Notes: generated by a model not told the origin, from the sequence alone. A stretch of 64,000 nucleotides of DNA from an uncultured Bacteroidales bacterium (GCA_963734885.1 CAVTIJ010000008.1:246952-310951), one strand, 5' to 3'. Shown: positions 8,740 through 20,148, counted from the stretch's first letter. A program made the numbers and translations.

Positions 8740-10629
8740 TTAATTTCCTACAACCCTCTTCTTTAAATTTTCAGGTGTGAGTGTGATGAGATGACCAATT
8801 TGCTTTCCGTCGCGGAATGTTGCGACTCTTAAAGTGACCGGACCTTCAGGAAGATTAAATGTTTTGGAATATTTAGGCGAATAAATACCCGGCATAGCCC
8901 CGTCAACTGTATAATAGATATCCAAACCCGGAACTTCCGAAGCAAGGTCAACAACCATTTTCCCGTCGGTTTTCTTAACGTTAACGATTGCATCATAAAT
9001 TGCGGTAGAATAATTTACACCTTCCAGATCTGAACGGTCGAATTGTTTCTCAACACGCTGTATGAAATTATTCCAGTTCTTTGAAGCATCGGGCGACCAG
9101 AAATCTTCTGCAAGCGCCCAGGCACGTGGCCATGTCATATATTCTGCATGATGTAATGTTACCACCTGTTCTGTCCAGAGATTTCCCTGGCCGCCAAGGA
9201 TGTATTTGGCATCCACTCCTTCAGGAACCGGATTAAAACTATAGCATTTGGTCAACCTTAGCCCGGCGTAAATAGGTGGTTCAATTGTTTGTTCACCTTG
9301 CTGATAATCGAGGTAACCGAAAGTTGTGGGAGTCATCACAACATAATGGCCCATTTTAGCAGCTTCAATTCCGCCTTTGATACCGCGCCAGCTCATTACT
9401 GTTGCTTCAGGGGCAATACCACCTTCAAGTATTTCATCCCAGCCGATAAGTTTTTTGCCTTTTGATTTCAAAATGGTCTCAACACGTTTCATAAAGTATG
9501 CCTGCAACTCTTCAGGCTTCGTCATTTTCATTTTTTTCATCAAGGCCTGGCAGTTAGGATCTTTTGTCCAGAATCCTTTATAACATTCGTCTCCGCCTAC
9601 ATGTATATAAGGATTTGGGAAGATTGCTGCCATTTCCGTGAAGACTTTATCAAGAAATTCATACACTTTTTCGTCCGAGGGATTCAGTGTATTGTCGATA
9701 CGCATTTTGAATGTACCATCATTGAACCATTCTGAAAATGAAGAACCCGGATTGACTTTTGTTTTGGAATCTTTTGTACAGCTCAGTTCAGGATATGAGG
9801 CAATAGCTGCCATGCTATGTCCGGGTACATCAATTTCGGGCACGATAGTGACAAAACGAGTCGCTGCAAAATCAATTATATCTTTAATATCTGCCTGTGT
9901 GTAAAACCCACCAACAGTAGCTTTTTCACCTTCTTTAGGTTCAGCACGTTCGCCGAACTGGCCATAACGCGGCACTCTCCACGCACCAACTTCGGTTAGT
10001 TTCGGAAGAGACTTGATTTCTATTCTCCATCCGTTGTCGTCTGTTAAATGCCAGTGAAAAGTATTGTATTTATACTTCGCCATCTGGTCGATATATTTTT
10101 CAACCTCTTCTTTCGTGAAAAAATTCCGGCTGACGTCAAGCATCAATCCTCTCCATGCAAAACGTGGATAATCGGTGATTTTTACACCTGGAACTGTCAA
10201 GGTTGCGGTTGTCATTGTTTTGCTCTCGATTTCCTTTGGCAGCAGTTGGAGCAGAGTTTGCATACCATAAAACAGACCTGCCGGTTCGTTTGCCGTAATA
10301 ATAATTCCAGTTGGTGATGATACCAGGGTATAACCTTCTTTTCCGAGCTCTGCAACAGGTGTCTGGCTTAAATTAAACTGGATTGAACCTGAATTTCCCT
10401 GCATGGGCTTAATATCAAACCCCGACGAAAGGCTCAGTTTCTGAGAAAACATATTTGCTATTTTAAGAGCATCCGGTGTATCATAAGTGATACTTGAGGT
10501 TTTCGTAATTTCATAATTGCCTCCTGATTGCTGAATATCTGCAGGTTGAGGAATCACATTTATGGCCGGAGTCTGTGCGAACATCCTGCCCAGAGTTAAC
10601 AGAAGAACGAATAAGAGAATTTTTTTCAT
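8740..10629 (-). CDS. beta-N-acetylhexosaminidase, GH20
   Basis: Signal peptide, HWHLTDDNGWRIEIKS, the HVGGDEC catalytic region and GNLWTE. Confidence 0.9.
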   Translation of the reverse strand: MKKILLFVLLLTLGRMFAQTPAINVIPQPADIQQSGGNYEITKTSSITYDTPDALKIANMFSQKLSLSSGFDIKPMQGNSGSIQFNLSQTPVAELGKEGYTLVSSPTGIIITANEPAGLFYGMQTLLQLLPKEIESKTMTTATLTVPGVKITDYPRFAWRGLMLDVSRNFFTKEEVEKYIDQMAKYKYNTFHWHLTDDNGWRIEIKSLPKLTEVGAWRVPRYGQFGERAEPKEGEKATVGGFYTQADIKDIIDFAATRFVTIVPEIDVPGHSMAAIASYPELSCTKDSKTKVNPGSSFSEWFNDGTFKMRIDNTLNPSDEKVYEFLDKVFTEMAAIFPNPYIHVGGDECYKGFWTKDPNCQALMKKMKMTKPEELQAYFMKRVETILKSKGKKLIGWDEILEGGIAPEATVMSWRGIKGGIEAAKMGHYVVMTPTTFGYLDYQQGEQTIEPPIYAGLRLTKCYSFNPVPEGVDAKYILGGQGNLWTEQVVTLHHAEYMTWPRAWALAEDFWSPDASKNWNNFIQRVEKQFDRSDLEGVNYSTAIYDAIVNVKKTDGKMVVDLASEVPGLDIYYTVDGAMPGIYSPKYSKTFNLPEGPVTLRVATFRDGKQIGHLITLTPENLKKRVVGN

Positions 10630-10674
10630 AAGTGTGGAAAGATTAAAATATCTGTGACTAATTAAATATTTGTT

Positions 10675-11643
10675 TTATCTGATTTCCGGAGGATCTGATG
10701 AGCGGACAGAATTAATAAAACTGCAGTGTGAAGTTTTAAGAACCTTAAGGACTTCTTTTTTTATTCTTATTACCACTTTTCCATATAGATCGACCGGCTC
10801 ACCATCGATGTGGAACTTTGTCTCGTCAGTCTCGATAATAATTTCTTTATTGGTTGTAATATGCCTGACATACTTCGATTTGTTAATTCTCTTCGTGAAA
10901 AGCCGTATGATAAATAGTGTGCCTAAAATCTTTGGAAAAGGTTTGATAAGAACGATGTCAATCATTCCGTCGTTAGGTTTAGCTTCGGGAGCAATAAATG
11001 CATTATTCCCGAATTGTCTTGTATTTGCAATTGTAAGAACGAAAAGTTTTTCTGAAATAATTTCTTGTCCGTCAACCTTAATTTTCACATGGAAAGGACG
11101 AAGCCGTAAAAAAGTTTTAAAGGTGAGCCAGACATAGGGAACGAACCCGCGAAGTTTCAGATTATTGAATGAATGAGCCACGAAACTATCGAGCCCGATC
11201 CCCGCTACATTGAGGCACAATTTGTCATTTATCTCAATAACATCGATGTCCATGCTCTCTGCCTTTTTAATATCGGACAGAAGCGATCTTACATTCAATA
11301 TAAAACCAAATTCCTTTGCAAACCCATTACCGGAACCCAACGGCAGCACTCCAAGGATTTTATTGCTGCCTACGAGTTGTGATGCTACTGTATGAACAGT
11401 ACCATCGCCTCCTGCTGCTATAAAAACGTTGTAATTATCAAAATTATCTTTTATGAGTGTTCCGGTTGCTTCTTTGTTTATTGATTTGCAATAGGATAAA
11501 TCATTCTTTCTGCGTTCCAGTTCTTTTGATACAATGAAATTTACGGGAGGAACACCAGACGTCGGATTGAGGACAAACAGTGCTTTATTATTATTTTCAG
11601 GAGCCTTCCTTTTCATGTCCAAATTTACGGAAGATTTTATCAA
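10675..11643 (-). CDS. diacylglycerol/lipid kinase family protein (YegS/BmrU-like)
   Basis: AAGGDGTVHTV and LPLGSGNGFAKEF motifs. M10 (11616) is a likelier start. Confidence 0.8.
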   Translation of the reverse strand: MIKSSVNLDMKRKAPENNNKALFVLNPTSGVPPVNFIVSKELERRKNDLSYCKSINKEATGTLIKDNFDNYNVFIAAGGDGTVHTVASQLVGSNKILGVLPLGSGNGFAKEFGFILNVRSLLSDIKKAESMDIDVIEINDKLCLNVAGIGLDSFVAHSFNNLKLRGFVPYVWLTFKTFLRLRPFHVKIKVDGQEIISEKLFVLTIANTRQFGNNAFIAPEAKPNDGMIDIVLIKPFPKILGTLFIIRLFTKRINKSKYVRHITTNKEIIIETDETKFHIDGEPVDLYGKVVIRIKKEVLKVLKTSHCSFINSVRSSDPPEIR

Positions 11644-11661
11644 TCTGATGAAATTTTTTTT

Positions 11662-11767
11662 TTAACCACAAAGTACACAAAGTAGGCACAAAGTACACAA
11701 AGTAAATATCCTTATTTGGATCTTTGTGTCCTTTGTGTTACATCTTTGTGAACTCTGTGGTTAATGG
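11662..11767. repeat. ORF-less palindromic element, TTAACCACAAAG...CTGTGGTTAATGG
   Basis: The left arm ttaaccacaaagtacacaaagtaggcacaaagtacacaaagta and the right arm tctttgtgtcctttgtgttacatctttgtgaactctgtggttaa flank a 16-nt loop. It lies 31 nt downstream of the pruA stop. Confidence 0.75.
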
Positions 11768-11797
11768 ATTTCAGTATCTCACAAAGGAATAATGAAT

Positions 11798-13468
11798 TTA
11801 TTCCATGAACGGATACTTAAAATCTGTAGCCGGAATGAGAGTTTCTTTTATTGTTCGCGGACTAACCCAGCGGAGGAGGTTCAGATGGCTTCCTGCCTTA
11901 TCGTTTGTCCCGGAGGCCCTGGCTCCTCCGAAAGGCTGCTGACCGACCATAGCTCCCGTTGGTTTGTCATTTATATAAAAGTTTCCGGCAGCATAGCGCA
12001 GTGTTCTGCATGCTTTTATCATTGCATACTTATCATTGCTGAATATCGATCCCGTAAGAGCATACGGCGAAGTTTCATCGCATAAATTAAGGGTTTCATC
12101 GAATTTGTCGTCCTTATAGACGTAAATAGTCATTACCGGACCGAATATTTCCTCTTCCATAGTAAAAAAATGAGGATTCTCTGTTACGATAACTGTGGGT
12201 TCAATAAAGTATCCTTTAGATTTATCCCCATTGCCTCCGGCCAATATCTTAGCATCGGCAGATGATTTTACCTTATCGAGGTATGACATTATTTTTTCAT
12301 ACGAACCATTATCAATCACAGCATTGACATAATTCCTGAAGTCGCATACATCGCCTGTTTTTATCTCGGAGATCATTCTGAGGATATGATTTTTTGTTTC
12401 GTTCCAGATTGATTCAGGAATATATGCCCGGGAAGCTGCGGAGCATTTCTGTCCCTGGTATTCAAATGAGCCCCTTACAATAGCAGTAGCCAGTTCAAGC
12501 GGATTCGCAGAGCCATGAGCAAAAATAAAATCTTTACCGCCTGTTTCGCCGACTAGTTTCGGATAAGATTTGTAATGCTGTAGGTTCTCAGAAACCTGTT
12601 TCCATAGAGAATTGAATGTTGGATTTGAACCTGTAAAATGGATACCTGCAAGATCTCTGTGCTTTAATACAATACCACTGATGAGCGGACCTGAACCAGG
12701 AACGAAATTAATTACTCCGGAGGGCATACCGGCTTCTTCAAAAACCTTCATCAGATAATAGTTCGAGAGGAGAGAAGTAGTAGCCGGTTTCCATACTGTA
12801 GTATTTCCCATCAGGGCTACAGAAGTGCTCAGGTTAGACGCAATTGCAGTAAAATTGAAAGGGGTTACTGTATATACGAATCCTTCAAGAGGCCGATACT
12901 CCAGACGATTAATATTCTCACCATTTGATATTGGTTGTTCTTCGTAAATGAGCGAAGCAAAATAGATATTAAAACGCAGGTAATCTATTACTTCACATGC
13001 GGCATCAATCTCAGCCTGGAATACATTTTTCCCCTGGCCGAGCATGGTGGCTGCATTAATACGGTACCTGTATTTTTTTGAAAGCAGTTCAGCAGCCTTT
13101 GCCATTACAGCTGCTCTTTCCATCCACGATAGCGTCATCCATTCGCATTTGGCGTCAAGGGCTGCATTGATCGCAAGTGAAACTTCCTTTTCAGTGGCCA
13201 TATGATAAGTAGCCAGTACGTGCTGATGATCCGAAGGCATTACAATCTTGCCGGTTTTACCTGTCCTGATTTCTTTGCCTCCGATTATAAGAGGGATTTC
13301 AATAACCTGATTCAGCTGAACCTTTAATTCTTCTTCGAGAAGTTTTCGTTCTTCGCTTCCCGGCCTGTACATTAAGATCGGTTCATTTTTTGGTTCTCTG
13401 AAATTATATATCGCGTTATTCATTTTTAATTTTTTTGCAATAATGAGCTGTTTATTAAATTCATTCAA
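11798..13468 (-). CDS. pruA: L-glutamate gamma-semialdehyde (1-pyrroline-5-carboxylate) dehydrogenase
   Basis: Aldehyde dehydrogenase fold with GETGGKD, EYQGQKCSAASR and FTGS. The real start is probably M16 (13423). Confidence 0.85.
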   Translation of the reverse strand: MNEFNKQLIIAKKLKMNNAIYNFREPKNEPILMYRPGSEERKLLEEELKVQLNQVIEIPLIIGGKEIRTGKTGKIVMPSDHQHVLATYHMATEKEVSLAINAALDAKCEWMTLSWMERAAVMAKAAELLSKKYRYRINAATMLGQGKNVFQAEIDAACEVIDYLRFNIYFASLIYEEQPISNGENINRLEYRPLEGFVYTVTPFNFTAIASNLSTSVALMGNTTVWKPATTSLLSNYYLMKVFEEAGMPSGVINFVPGSGPLISGIVLKHRDLAGIHFTGSNPTFNSLWKQVSENLQHYKSYPKLVGETGGKDFIFAHGSANPLELATAIVRGSFEYQGQKCSAASRAYIPESIWNETKNHILRMISEIKTGDVCDFRNYVNAVIDNGSYEKIMSYLDKVKSSADAKILAGGNGDKSKGYFIEPTVIVTENPHFFTMEEEIFGPVMTIYVYKDDKFDETLNLCDETSPYALTGSIFSNDKYAMIKACRTLRYAAGNFYINDKPTGAMVGQQPFGGARASGTNDKAGSHLNLLRWVSPRTIKETLIPATDFKYPFME

Positions 13469-13617
13469 TGATAAATGTCGCGTCAGCGTATGACTTTTTT
13501 AAAGTTTATCCAACTCTCATTATTTTGTTCCCTTATAACACATGAATATTTTATATGTTCAGGAGTTACCAGAACGACTAAAGTGACAGGAGTGACAATT
13601 TTATTCTGTTATTAGTT

Positions 13618-15795
13618 TCATTTTAGCTGAAAGCCAGGAACTCCTGTTTGCCATAATGCAAAACTAAAGACATCCGCAAGTCTCTCAAAATCCTTTTTCT
13701 TTGAATTTCCGATTCCATGTCCGGCGTGATAATCTACCAGAAATAGAATAGGTTTGTCAGAAGCATTAGCAGCCTCCAGTCTTGCGGCAAATTTGGCTGG
13801 CTGCCATACAATGACCCTCGGATCGTTCATCCCGGCAGTTATTAAGGTTGCGGGGTATTTAGTGCCGTCCTTAATATGAAGGTAAGAATCCATTTCTATA
13901 AGAGCTTTACAATCAATGGAATCTTTTACAGTTCCGAATTCAGGTACATTTACTGGTCCATTGGGTGATTCCTCCGCACGTACAGGATCGAGGCAGCCAA
14001 CTTCGGGAATTGCAGCTGCAAAAAGATCGGGCCTTTCAGTCATTGCCCTGCCTATAAGAATTCCCCCCGCACTGGCAGAGTTTATAGCTATTTTTTTTGA
14101 TGATGTATAATTATTTGAAATCATAAATTCTGCACACGCTATAAGATCCTTCCATGTATTTGGTTTTGTTGTTTTATAGCCGTCTTTATACCACTTATCT
14201 CCCAATTCACCGCCGCCCCTGACATGAGCAACGGCGAGAATCGCGTTATAGTTGGCCAAAAGCAAACGATCGGGATCGAAACGAGGACTCATTGATATTC
14301 CATAAGCGCCGTAACCATAAATGAAAACCGGATTGTTTCCATCTTTCTTAATATTCTTGTTGTAGATAAGTGACAGAGGCACCAACTTTCCATCCCAGGT
14401 AGGTATCATTAATTCTTCCACAGTCAGATCTGCAAACTCGGGGAAACTGGGTAAGGATGAGAGATTTTCGGGAATGAATTCATTTTTAGACGGCAAATAC
14501 CGGAACCTTCTGAGATCACTTGTCCAGCCGGTTATACTGACCCATAGTTCATTGTACTTATATCCTTTGGAAGTGATTGAAATATCTCCTGCAGGAAAAG
14601 GGAGCTGTATTTCTTTAGCGGTTTTTGACCCATCAGGCAGGAAAAACAATTTCACTGAAACCCCATTTTCTGAAGTTGCGTAGCACAGCCCATCTGAAAA
14701 TAGTGCGAATGTTGTTATTGTTCTTTTAGGATCTTCAGGAACCACTACCTCTGCTTTTTCAAGGTCAGGATGTGTAAGTGAGGTTTTGATTATTTTGTAA
14801 TTTGGCGCTCCTTTTGGTGTGTATATATATAAATCCTTATCTGTTGTAGCATAACTATATACCTCATCCTCAGGTTTAAACAGATGTTTCCATTTGATAT
14901 CCCCTTTTTTCATATCCGAGAACGGGGCAAAATACAGATTCAATCGGTTGTCGACTGTTGCCAGAACGCCGAACAGATATTTTGAATCATTATCGTAATA
15001 CGCTATTGGAATATCTTCGGGACGAATTCCTAGTTCGGGTAGTTTCGCCCTTGAAAAAATCTCCTTATCTATAACAGGATCTGTACCTTCAAAATGCCAA
15101 TAAGTTTTACTGTCAAGTTCCCTGTCCTTCTGATGTACGTCCCCTGACTTGAGCCGGTTATAGAAGAAGCTCTTGCCGTCAGGCAACCAGGATATTGAAG
15201 GGATCCAGGTTCGGTCAATTTTCTCCTCATCCAAAATTTTTGTCTTGACATCCATTGTAAGAATTATACTACTTTCCGACCCGTTCGGAGCCACAACAAA
15301 TGCCACTTTTGAACCATCAAGGTTTGGCGAGATGGAACCTATCACATACTTTTCAGTCGTATCAGAAGCGTATCTCTGCGGGTCAAAAAGGAAAGTTTCT
15401 GTTCCTCCAAAACCATCGCGGTAGTATAACTTTCCTGTTTCATCCGCCGGGGTGGTTTTAAGGTAGAAATACTTGTCATTTTCAGTAATGTTTAACATGG
15501 TAACACGCGTAGCTCTTCTGCCATCAAATTCTATCATTTTATCAATCAGTGATTGTCTTCCGGGTATGTCATTTAAGACATTCCGGGCATAATCTGACTG
15601 AATCCGGAACCATTTTAATACGGAAGAATCATTAAGATTCTCTAAATTCCTGTATGGATCAGAAAAGGTTTGTCCGAAATAAGTGTCTTTAACAGGTTCC
15701 TCCTTTGCAAGAGGTGGTTTCTTTTTTGTTTCATTTGAAGTGCAGCTGACAAAAAGGATCAAAATCAGAAATCCAAAGAATGTCTTTGTTCTCAT
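13618..15795 (-). CDS. prolyl oligopeptidase family (S9A) serine peptidase, lipoprotein
   Basis: Lipobox, N-terminal propeller and C-terminal alpha/beta hydrolase with a nucleophile elbow (NSASAGG), and later D and H (AGHG). Confidence 0.85.
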   Translation of the reverse strand: MRTKTFFGFLILILFVSCTSNETKKKPPLAKEEPVKDTYFGQTFSDPYRNLENLNDSSVLKWFRIQSDYARNVLNDIPGRQSLIDKMIEFDGRRATRVTMLNITENDKYFYLKTTPADETGKLYYRDGFGGTETFLFDPQRYASDTTEKYVIGSISPNLDGSKVAFVVAPNGSESSIILTMDVKTKILDEEKIDRTWIPSISWLPDGKSFFYNRLKSGDVHQKDRELDSKTYWHFEGTDPVIDKEIFSRAKLPELGIRPEDIPIAYYDNDSKYLFGVLATVDNRLNLYFAPFSDMKKGDIKWKHLFKPEDEVYSYATTDKDLYIYTPKGAPNYKIIKTSLTHPDLEKAEVVVPEDPKRTITTFALFSDGLCYATSENGVSVKLFFLPDGSKTAKEIQLPFPAGDISITSKGYKYNELWVSITGWTSDLRRFRYLPSKNEFIPENLSSLPSFPEFADLTVEELMIPTWDGKLVPLSLIYNKNIKKDGNNPVFIYGYGAYGISMSPRFDPDRLLLANYNAILAVAHVRGGGELGDKWYKDGYKTTKPNTWKDLIACAEFMISNNYTSSKKIAINSASAGGILIGRAMTERPDLFAAAIPEVGCLDPVRAEESPNGPVNVPEFGTVKDSIDCKALIEMDSYLHIKDGTKYPATLITAGMNDPRVIVWQPAKFAARLEAANASDKPILFLVDYHAGHGIGNSKKKDFERLADVFSFALWQTGVPGFQLK

Positions 15796-15937
15796 AATTC
15801 AATGTTTTTGCTATAAATATTAACAAGTAACTGTTTTGTAACACTTTTGTATAACAAAAAGTTCATGAACTTTTAACTGTAGGCGCTTCAAACATTTTAT
15901 AGTAATTTTCGGGTTCAGTTTTAAGCGGAAACACAAT

Positions 15938-16948
15938 ATGTCAGAATCGAAATTTTATCATTTCCCGGCAACAGGATCATTTTATGGAATAAATGCATTG
16001 GATGAAGCTGTTGAAGCAACACGCGAAAGTGGATTTGTATGGTTCAATTTCTATAAACCTTCAAAAGAAGTACTTTCATCGCTGGTAGGGAAACTGGATA
16101 TTCATCCATTATCGGTTGAGGACTGCTTCGATGAAGAACAAGTTCCGAAGATCGAGTACTTTGCCGGCAATACATTTATTATTTTTAATTCCTTCAGTTA
16201 CGCCAGCCGCTCACTCTTTATCGATGAGGTAAATCTTTTCATAGGGAAGAATTTTCTGATCACGGTCAGCGGTCATCATTCAGATGAAAGAAAACCCTTG
16301 AATAATATTACAGATCTCATTGAAAAAGGCAACACAAATGCAAAAGCCGGTCCGGATTATCTGATGCACATTGTTTTGGATTGGCTGGTTGATGAAAAAT
16401 ATAAGGCATTTGACGACATGGAAGAGGAACTTGAAAATGCTGAAGAGTCTCTTCTTGCGGATGTGGAAAAATTTCAGCCTGTTCAACTCATCACAATGCG
16501 AAAAAATCTGATGAGGCTCCGGAAGACCTTATACCATGAACGGGAAATCCTTGTTAAGATATGCAGGTTTGATTGTCCGTTTATCAGTGAAAAGGCAATT
16601 GTGCATTATCGCGACATATATGATCATCTTGCCAAATTCTTTGAACTGACTGAAACTTACAGGGAGATTGAAACCAGCCTTATGGAGTTATATACTTCTC
16701 TTCTGAATAACCTCATGACTAAAATGTCGAATGATACCAATAACTCAGTAAGGCGATTGACTTTGATTGCGACTATATTCATGCCCTTAACTTTGCTTGC
16801 AAGTATCGGAGGTATGTCGGAATGGTCAATGATGACAGGGCCTGACAGGTGGAAGATCAGTTACCCATTATTCATTTTGGGGATGGTTGTGATTGGAGCT
16901 ATTAATTATCTGATCATCAGGAGGATGGAAAAGAGGAAGAAAACATAA
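15938..16948 (+). CDS. corA: CorA-family divalent cation transporter
   Basis: Cytoplasmic funnel domain plus two C-terminal TM helices. A GMSEW variant occupies the position of the GMN motif. Confidence 0.75.
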   Translation: MSESKFYHFPATGSFYGINALDEAVEATRESGFVWFNFYKPSKEVLSSLVGKLDIHPLSVEDCFDEEQVPKIEYFAGNTFIIFNSFSYASRSLFIDEVNLFIGKNFLITVSGHHSDERKPLNNITDLIEKGNTNAKAGPDYLMHIVLDWLVDEKYKAFDDMEEELENAEESLLADVEKFQPVQLITMRKNLMRLRKTLYHEREILVKICRFDCPFISEKAIVHYRDIYDHLAKFFELTETYREIETSLMELYTSLLNNLMTKMSNDTNNSVRRLTLIATIFMPLTLLASIGGMSEWSMMTGPDRWKISYPLFILGMVVIGAINYLIIRRMEKRKKT

Positions 16949-17077
16949 AACCATACTCATTCCCACTGGTGTTGCACTGTCAAGGTCCTTCTTCACTGTC
17001 AGGGCAGCCGATGTTTTGTAATGATTAAAAGTTAAATATTGACTGTCTGTCTTGCAAGTTTTTTACTGCTGCCAAGA

Positions 17078-17741
17078 TCAAACATTGCACAGATGCTTTT
17101 CCCCGAATTCCCTTATCGCATATGAAAAGAACAATCCTGAAAGAATGTCAATGCTATAATGTCCGCGTGCCAGGAAAAGAGCCAGGATAACAATGGCCAG
17201 GCAAATGAGAATAAGCGATTTATAACCTCTGTCTTTAACCAGAAGATACATTAAAAAGACATTCCCGGTGTGCCCGGAGGGGTAAACTCCGAGTTCAAAA
17301 TTTGAAAAACCATGGAACAGCGGATCTGACCCGTTGAACATTGGTGGATTTCCAAAAGGTGTGAGGACAATGAAAATAGCCCTTATTATGTAGAAGATTC
17401 CACTCATTACCATGAATAACGGAATTCTGTCATAATCTTTCTTCTGGACAAAATAAACTAAAACAAGGACAAGAGGGACAAGGCAAAAGATATCATAAAT
17501 AAGGGAAACATTGTAAAAAGGAAGATTATCTAGAATCAGGTCGGAGAGCATCGGCAAGGGTTTTACCTTCACTCATATAATTATGAAGATATGTCTCAGA
17601 TGCAAAATTCATTGCTGCTCCTGCAATAATTGAAAGAATACCAATATAAAGATATTTGCTTTTAATCACCGGAATGAGGCAATGACCCATTTCCGATAGA
17701 TAGGTAAACAGATTGTTTTTCTTTTTATTATTAGATTCCAT
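17078..17741 (-). CDS. PAP2-related membrane phosphatase/sphingomyelin-synthase-like protein (apparent frameshift near 17555)
   Basis: YPSGHTGNV and RGHYSIDILSG motifs (PAP2_C). The N-terminal TM segment sits in the overlapping ORF 17526-17741. Confidence 0.55.
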
Positions 17742-17852
17742 TGCGTATAAATATAAAGCATATACACATAATAATATCGGGTGAACGATATTATTATATG
17801 GGATAAAGATAAAAACTTAACTTGATTTTACAGGAAAAATAAGAATGAACGA

Positions 17853-18074
17853 TTATGATGCCGACATCTCGTTATAAGTCTTTATTATCTCTTCAGCATA
17901 TTCTGCAGGGGCTTCAATATGTCCCCAGCCTGTTTTGGTCTGCCATAAACCATCATATGCAGAATCGTGATATGATCTGATTATATGCGGGATTTGCTTT
18001 TCGGTAAGTATCTCATCAAGCAGTAAAGCTTCCACCTCGTTCTTAAACATCAGAATTTTTACTGGATTACTCAT
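17853..18074 (-). CDS. small DUF2007-like protein
   Basis: The 73-aa core begins MSNPVKILMFKNEVEALLLDEIL. The ferredoxin-like pattern resembles putative signal-transducing DUF2007 proteins. Confidence 0.4.
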   Translation of the reverse strand: MSNPVKILMFKNEVEALLLDEILTEKQIPHIIRSYHDSAYDGLWQTKTGWGHIEAPAEYAEEIIKTYNEMSAS

Positions 18075-18075
18075 T

Positions 18076-18502
18076 TCATTTCCTTTTTGGTACAACTGCA
18101 CAATTATTAAGCAAAACATCCATCAGAAAACCGGAGCACTCTCCACGGATCGTAATCTCATCACCGGTTTTAAACTTTGAAGGATTTGCAGATGCAAAGG
18201 TACAAATTACAGATGAAAGGTCATTGCCGCTTTTTAATGATATATTTAAATTGCTGCTGTCCGCTTGTGTAACAGAAGCAATTGACCCTGAAACTTCAAG
18301 GATTTTTTTAATATATTTTGCAGATGCAGCCGCTTCATTATCTTCAAATTCTTTTTGTAAGGTATACGGCAGTAACAATATAATCGGGTTTCACTTTTGA
18401 CAGATCGCTATGTTGCCTAAAGAAGATCATCAGACCGTATAAAATTCCAAAAAGGGCAATGAAGAAAACAACAAATAATGAAATTTTAATGTAAGGTTTC
18501 AT
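18076..18502 (-). CDS. membrane-anchored OB-fold (tRNA_anti-like) protein, apparent frameshift near 18370
   Basis: The N-terminal anchor MKPYIKISLFVVFFIALFGIL continues in another frame as ..LQKEFEDNEAAASAKYIKKILEVSG...TIRGECSG. Confidence 0.45.
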
Positions 18503-18534
18503 TGTGAGGATATATGAAAACAAATGAGGATTAA

Positions 18535-19090
18535 CTACTTGGCGGCCAGAGGGGCTATATTTCATTGCAACTGTTACCTCGAGTGTTTTATCAATTTTAT
18601 CTCTTACTACTCCCGGGATGGTTATCTTATAATCTTCCGGGACAACATTGAATTTTGAGTTTGCATTTATTCCTCCGCTCACTACCTCAATTGTACCTTT
18701 TACACTGACCTTGTTTGTAACATCGTGGATAGTAAGATCTCCGTCAACATGTAACATTATAGGTTCCGGGCTTTGTGAAATCTACTGCACTCAGATTAGT
18801 AATCTTTCCCTTGAATGATGATTTTGGAATTTTATCGGATTCCATATAGTTTTCGTTAAAATGTTCTTCCATCAGAGCCCTCTCGAAATGGAATGATTTG
18901 ATCAGCGCCTGGAAAACTATTTCACCGGACGATATATCAAGTGCACTTACAACCTGGTTGTTTTCTGCTTTAATTTCCTCAAGTGGTGTATGTGAGTAAA
19001 AACTTATAAAACCATTTTTGTAATATATTTTTGTGCATTTGCGGCAAAGATGATATTCAAAAACAAAACCAGTAAAAACAGACGTTTCAT
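18535..19090 (-). CDS. YceI-family periplasmic protein (at least two frame breaks)
   Basis: The signal peptide MKRLFLLVLFLNIIFAANAQ starts at complement 19090. The C-terminal part DGDLTIHDVTNKVSVKGTIEV...VTVAMKY is typical of YceI. The 3' end is approximate. Confidence 0.6.
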
Positions 19091-19221
19091 AATATGTATT
19101 TTTAAGTTAATGAATTAGGACTTTTTAAGCGCCAATGTTTAAAAGTAGTTATGAAAGGAACAATGAGAAATTATAAAATGTTTTAGCCCGGGTTACCAGT
19201 CTGTTATCATCACATATCTAC

Positions 19222-20125
19222 TTAACTGGCGATCTTCATATGATTCTTAAGAGTAAATACCCTTGAAATGTTAAACCCGAAGCGGATATCTCCTTTTGTC
19301 CAGGTTCCTGTAGTCTCGCCAATAAAAGCTTTTTCAATCATGCCAATCGAATTTGTGAAAAACAACTGGAACACATGTCCCCCGGTTTCAATATCAAAAC
19401 CTATCGACAATGGATTATATACTTTCTGACTCATATATGTTCTTGGATTGAATAAGTAATAGTATTCAGCATTCAGGCTGGTCCTTTTTGTAAGCTTCAA
19501 TCTTGCACCTCCGCCCAAGTGCAAAAAGATCATTGGGATCGAGCTCTGTGGCGACAAGGTTGCGGTGGACATAAGAAGGTGTTAACTGTATTGACAATCC
19601 TTCGCTTATTTTTCGGGCAACAAGAACCTGGGTAACATACGACATCCTTGATGTAAAATAGTTTGTCTGAACTGTACTGGGAAATTTCAATGTTTTGAGA
19701 GCTGCAGAAGTTACAACTGAGAACGATACCGGCATCTCTTTGTCTCCTGTTGATTGACGGAGTATACTGAATTTTGCGAAACCATCAAATGTCTTTTCGT
19801 ATTCGCCTCGTCCGATCACCAACCATCAACCCAGTTTGTTATCCCATATTCCAGACTGAGATGAATATTTGACTGGTCGAGACCAAAAAAATTATATGCG
19901 CCGGTGTTCACCTGTCCGAAACGATGTGAGATTCTGACATCAAGTTGTCCTGCCTGCATTCTTTCGATAGAATGGCCATTCATTATTCTGGTTGACTTAA
20001 AGGTAGCAGTCGTGTAGTTAATTTGTTTTGGGGAATTCTGATCAAGAAGGTTCATAAGATCGTCCTGTGCAAAGATCACTAACGTACACAAAAAGAAGAA
20101 GGGAAGCGAGTAGAAATCGTCTCAT
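19222..20125 (-). CDS. DUF5777-like outer-membrane beta-barrel protein (three frame segments)
   Basis: The signal peptide is at complement 20125. The segments 19816-20091, 19466-19822 and 19222-19572 join into one barrel-like protein that ends in alternating beta-strand residues. Confidence 0.5.
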
Positions 20126-20148
20126 ATAATATATGTTAAGATGAAAAA

